Source of the DNA: an uncultured cyanobacterium
GTDB lineage: Bacteria; Cyanobacteriota; Cyanobacteriia; Cyanobacteriales; CAWUOF01
Length of the DNA: 64,000 nucleotides
Direction of reading: 5' to 3'
NCBI GenBank assembly: GCA_963744145.1
Contig: CAVUSO010000001.1
Location: forward strand, 7,264,001-7,328,000
A program made the position numbers and the translations under genes. How positions within the stretch are numbered: the first letter of the stretch is position 1; each line of letters begins with the position of its first letter. Below are positions 60,965 through 64,000 of the stretch, one piece after another. Under the pieces are notes generated by a model. The model searched no databases. It was not told the origin of the DNA and was given only the letters and a program-made list of their open reading frames with translations.

Positions 60965-63667
60965 TCAATTTTCAATTAATGGTGATTGCACCAATTCAAT
61001 CATACCTTTCTCATCAAATTCCGCTGCTAATTCCAATAATTTTTGAGCAAATGGGGCATACTCAGGAGCAAGTGTTTGAATCCGTCTTGCTTCTTTTTCT
61101 ACTTCTTCAATATCTCCAATTTTCAGAGCTGCATAGATTTTTTCTAATTCAGTTTCTGAGGGTAAGGTCAATCCTGGTAATGTAGATTCTGATGGATGGA
61201 TATTATCATCTAATTGTTCTCTTTCCCACTGCAATTTCAGCAATTTTTCTAATTTGATGAATAACTGAGACATATCTACTGGTTTGGACAGAAAATCATT
61301 ACAGCCAATCGCGAGAGCTTTTCCTTCATCAGCACTAGAAACACTAGCACTACAAGCAATAATGGGAAGTTCTCGTTGAGAATATAATTGACGAACTTGC
61401 TGAGTAAATTCATATCCATCCATGATGGGCATCGCAATATCAGTAATTACTAAATCTGGATTAATTTCTTTGACTTGTGCTAATCCTTTAGCTCCATCTT
61501 CTGCTTCATCAATGAGAAAACCTACACTTTTTAATACTTCCGATATCACCATCCGATTTACTTCCTTATCATCGATAATTAAAATTCTTCTTTTTTCACC
61601 ACTGTAGCCAATAATTTTACTATTATTACCTATAGTCGCCGCATTAATCCATTTATCGGAAATCGGAAAATCAACTTCAAACCAAAAGGTACTACCTTGT
61701 CCTTGATGACTAATAACTTGAATTTTACTATTCATCATGGTGATTAATTGGAGACAGATTGTTAATCCTAATCCTGTACCTTCTGCACGTTTAGAACTAT
61801 TACCTACCTGTTCAAAAGGTAAAAATATTTTCTCTAATTGTGCTGGAGTCATCCCCACTCCCGTATCAGCGATCGTAAATTTGATTTTCACAGTTTCTGG
61901 GGTTCCACTTAATACTTGGACGTGAAAAGTTACATTACCCCGTTCCGTAAATTTAATGGCATTACCTAAAATATTAATTAATATTTGACGTAACCGTTTT
62001 TCATCAGCACATACTCCACTGGGTAAATCCAAATCGGGTAAATAATAAAAATTTAGGTCTTTTGCTTCAGCTCGAACTCGACTAATTTCTGCTACTCCAG
62101 ATAGAAAAGAAGGTAAATGAAAATCTTTCGGTGCTAATTCCATTTTTCTGGCTTCAATCTTCGCCAGATCAAGTATATCATTAATTAAAGTCAGTAAATG
62201 GGAACCAGCTTGTTCAATCACATCAATTCCTTTTCTTTGTTTAGGAGTTAAATCTTGGGAGCGTTGAAAAATTTGAGCATAACCGAGAATTCCATTCAAA
62301 GGTGTGCGTAATTCATGGCTCATATTTGCCAAAAATTCGCTTTTAGCTTGGTTAGCAGAATCAGCAATTTCTTTGGCTTTTTGTAATTCTATTGTCCGCT
62401 CTGCTACCCGTTTTTCTAAGGCTGAGTTATTTGCTTCTAAGGTATTAAATGATTCTTGTAATTGCATAGCCATTTGATTAAAACAATCAGCTAATATTTC
62501 TAATTCTTTGATGATTGAACCTGGAACTTGTTGGGACAAGTGACCATTAGCTAAAGCTTGATAGGCTAAAGTTAAACGATTGACTGGTTTTTGAATGACT
62601 CGAGCTGTAATAATTCCCAATCCCGTCGCGATCGCTAGTGCGATTATACACAAAATCACGGTACTGGTAGTGTTAATATAAATTTGTCCCATAAAATCAT
62701 CTTCAGGTACAACTACAACAATTAACCAATCCAGACCATTATTGTCTTGATAAGGTAAAACCTGTAAAAATAGTTCTTTACCATTAAGCTTAAATTCTAA
62801 CTGTTTATTTCCGCGAATTTTCGAGAAATTACCAAAGTAATTACTTAAATACTGCTTGATAGTTTCGATCTGGTTTAATGAATCAGAAGAGGCTTTTTCA
62901 GGTTGGGAACTAGCTACTAATTTACCATTATTAGTGATAATAAATGTCTCTCCAGTTTTGCCAATTTTTAAAGTTCTCAAAAATTTGCTAATATCTGATA
63001 AACTTAGGTCTGCACCAATCACACCTACGGGATGATTCTGATGATCATAAACTGGAGTTGCATAGGTAGTTCTGAGTATACCGTAGTTAAAACCAGTATA
63101 AATATCCCCCCATTTAGGTTTACCACTATGGATAGAAACACTATACCAAGGACGTACTCGCGGATCATAATTTGGAGCTGTTTTCAATATCTTATTTGTT
63201 AAGTGACCTTGTTGATCTGGAGCATAATAATTAAAATTGTGATTCGTCATTTCATCAGCGATTTGAATATAAAATCCTTTTTCGTTATCGAATCTACCTA
63301 CACCAAAATATCTGCCCTGTTCATTGCCAAAATTAACATTAGTAATTGTTGGAAATAATTGCACTTGATTCCAAAAAAAAAGCTCCATACTCCGGGGTTT
63401 TTTGGGATCGATCCAACCAGCTTTAATTGCATGAAATACATTGTCATTGATGATTTTTGGTACAACTAAAAAGCTGGTTAAATGTTGCTCAATTCTGTTA
63501 CTAATTTCACTTCTTAGCTGAGTAGCCAAATCGTTAACGGCAATTTTACCATTTCTTAATGATAACCACCCAACTAATCCTACGGCTGTAAATATTTCCA
63601 TGAGAAATGGGATAATTAACATCAGATTAAGGGGCAATTTTCCGAGGTTTTTTTTGATGTTGTTCAT
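60965..63667 (-). CDS. Hybrid sensor histidine kinase (Cache-HAMP-HisKA-HATPase-REC)
   Basis: [44 protein letters not shown]. Confidence 0.95.
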   Translation of the reverse strand: MNNIKKNLGKLPLNLMLIIPFLMEIFTAVGLVGWLSLRNGKIAVNDLATQLRSEISNRIEQHLTSFLVVPKIINDNVFHAIKAGWIDPKKPRSMELFFWNQVQLFPTITNVNFGNEQGRYFGVGRFDNEKGFYIQIADEMTNHNFNYYAPDQQGHLTNKILKTAPNYDPRVRPWYSVSIHSGKPKWGDIYTGFNYGILRTTYATPVYDHQNHPVGVIGADLSLSDISKFLRTLKIGKTGETFIITNNGKLVASSQPEKASSDSLNQIETIKQYLSNYFGNFSKIRGNKQLEFKLNGKELFLQVLPYQDNNGLDWLIVVVVPEDDFMGQIYINTTSTVILCIIALAIATGLGIITARVIQKPVNRLTLAYQALANGHLSQQVPGSIIKELEILADCFNQMAMQLQESFNTLEANNSALEKRVAERTIELQKAKEIADSANQAKSEFLANMSHELRTPLNGILGYAQIFQRSQDLTPKQRKGIDVIEQAGSHLLTLINDILDLAKIEARKMELAPKDFHLPSFLSGVAEISRVRAEAKDLNFYYLPDLDLPSGVCADEKRLRQILINILGNAIKFTERGNVTFHVQVLSGTPETVKIKFTIADTGVGMTPAQLEKIFLPFEQVGNSSKRAEGTGLGLTICLQLITMMNSKIQVISHQGQGSTFWFEVDFPISDKWINAATIGNNSKIIGYSGEKRRILIIDDKEVNRMVISEVLKSVGFLIDEAEDGAKGLAQVKEINPDLVITDIAMPIMDGYEFTQQVRQLYSQRELPIIACSASVSSADEGKALAIGCNDFLSKPVDMSQLFIKLEKLLKLQWEREQLDDNIHPSESTLPGLTLPSETELEKIYAALKIGDIEEVEKEARRIQTLAPEYAPFAQKLLELAAEFDEKGMIELVQSPLIEN

Positions 63668-63696
63668 AAGAAATTTGCTGAATATGATTATTGATA

Positions 63697-64000
63697 TTAT
63701 ATTTCTGATTGGTATAACAATTGGAAAATTTCTTCCTCGTTAAATTCCTGAGCTAACTCTAAGATTTTTTGCCCAAAAGAAACATATTCATGGGCCAGTT
63801 CTTGGAGCCGTTGTGCTTCTCTTTCTACGATGTCAATGTCACCAATTTTCAGAGCTGCTTGTAAAATTTCTAATTCAGTTGTTGGCGGTATAATTAGAAC
63901 TGTCGATGGAGATACTGCAATTGGTTGAGCTGGATCTAATTGTTCCCGTTCCCACTCCAATTGTAAAAATTTTTGCAGTTTCACAAATAACTGTTCCATT
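63697..64000 (-). CDS. C-terminal end of a paralogous hybrid kinase, runs off the window edge
   Basis: QLFVKLQKFLQLEWEREQLD...AALKIGDI closely matches the C-terminus of 60965-63667. Confidence 0.85.
   Translation of the reverse strand, partial: MEQLFVKLQKFLQLEWEREQLDPAQPIAVSPSTVLIIPPTTELEILQAALKIGDIDIVEREAQRLQELAHEYVSFGQKILELAQEFNEEEIFQLLYQSEI

Noticed and set aside
1..64000. rRNA, tRNA, prophage or integron integrase
   Set aside because: None recognised by eye; a tRNAscan/Infernal run would be needed to exclude small RNAs

Overview
AT-rich cyanobacterial chromosomal segment. The assignment rests on the very dense HIP1 octamer GCGATCGC, a Ycf66 protein, a CP12 protein and a CAAD-fused IleRS. 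About 3.3-23.7 kb is an accessory patchwork: a HEPN-like hypothetical gene, a C5 DNA methyltransferase facing a truncated TdeIII-like endonuclease, an ADP-ribosylglycohydrolase, an IS630 inside a cupin gene, and TPR, LRR, pentapeptide and haemagglutinin-domain genes. Many of these are separated by degenerate HIP1-anchored repeats, and 14.5-23.7 kb looks like a duplicated scaffold carrying different cargo. The rest holds housekeeping and signalling genes (secF, ribD, ycf66, ileS, speA, ndk, a COG0523 GTPase, cysS, a Ser/Thr-His dual kinase, CBS-CP12, hybrid kinases) interleaved with MITEs and REP-like elements, a decayed parDE, a GIY-YIG/small-protein pair, a Roc-less LRR-COR protein and a defective tnpB element. 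The left end of that element contains five ~24-nt units nested inside one another. About eight genes carry single-base frameshifts or nonsense codons, which may partly be sequencing error. No rRNA, tRNA or CRISPR array was recognised. All family calls are from motif recognition by eye; no database search was run.
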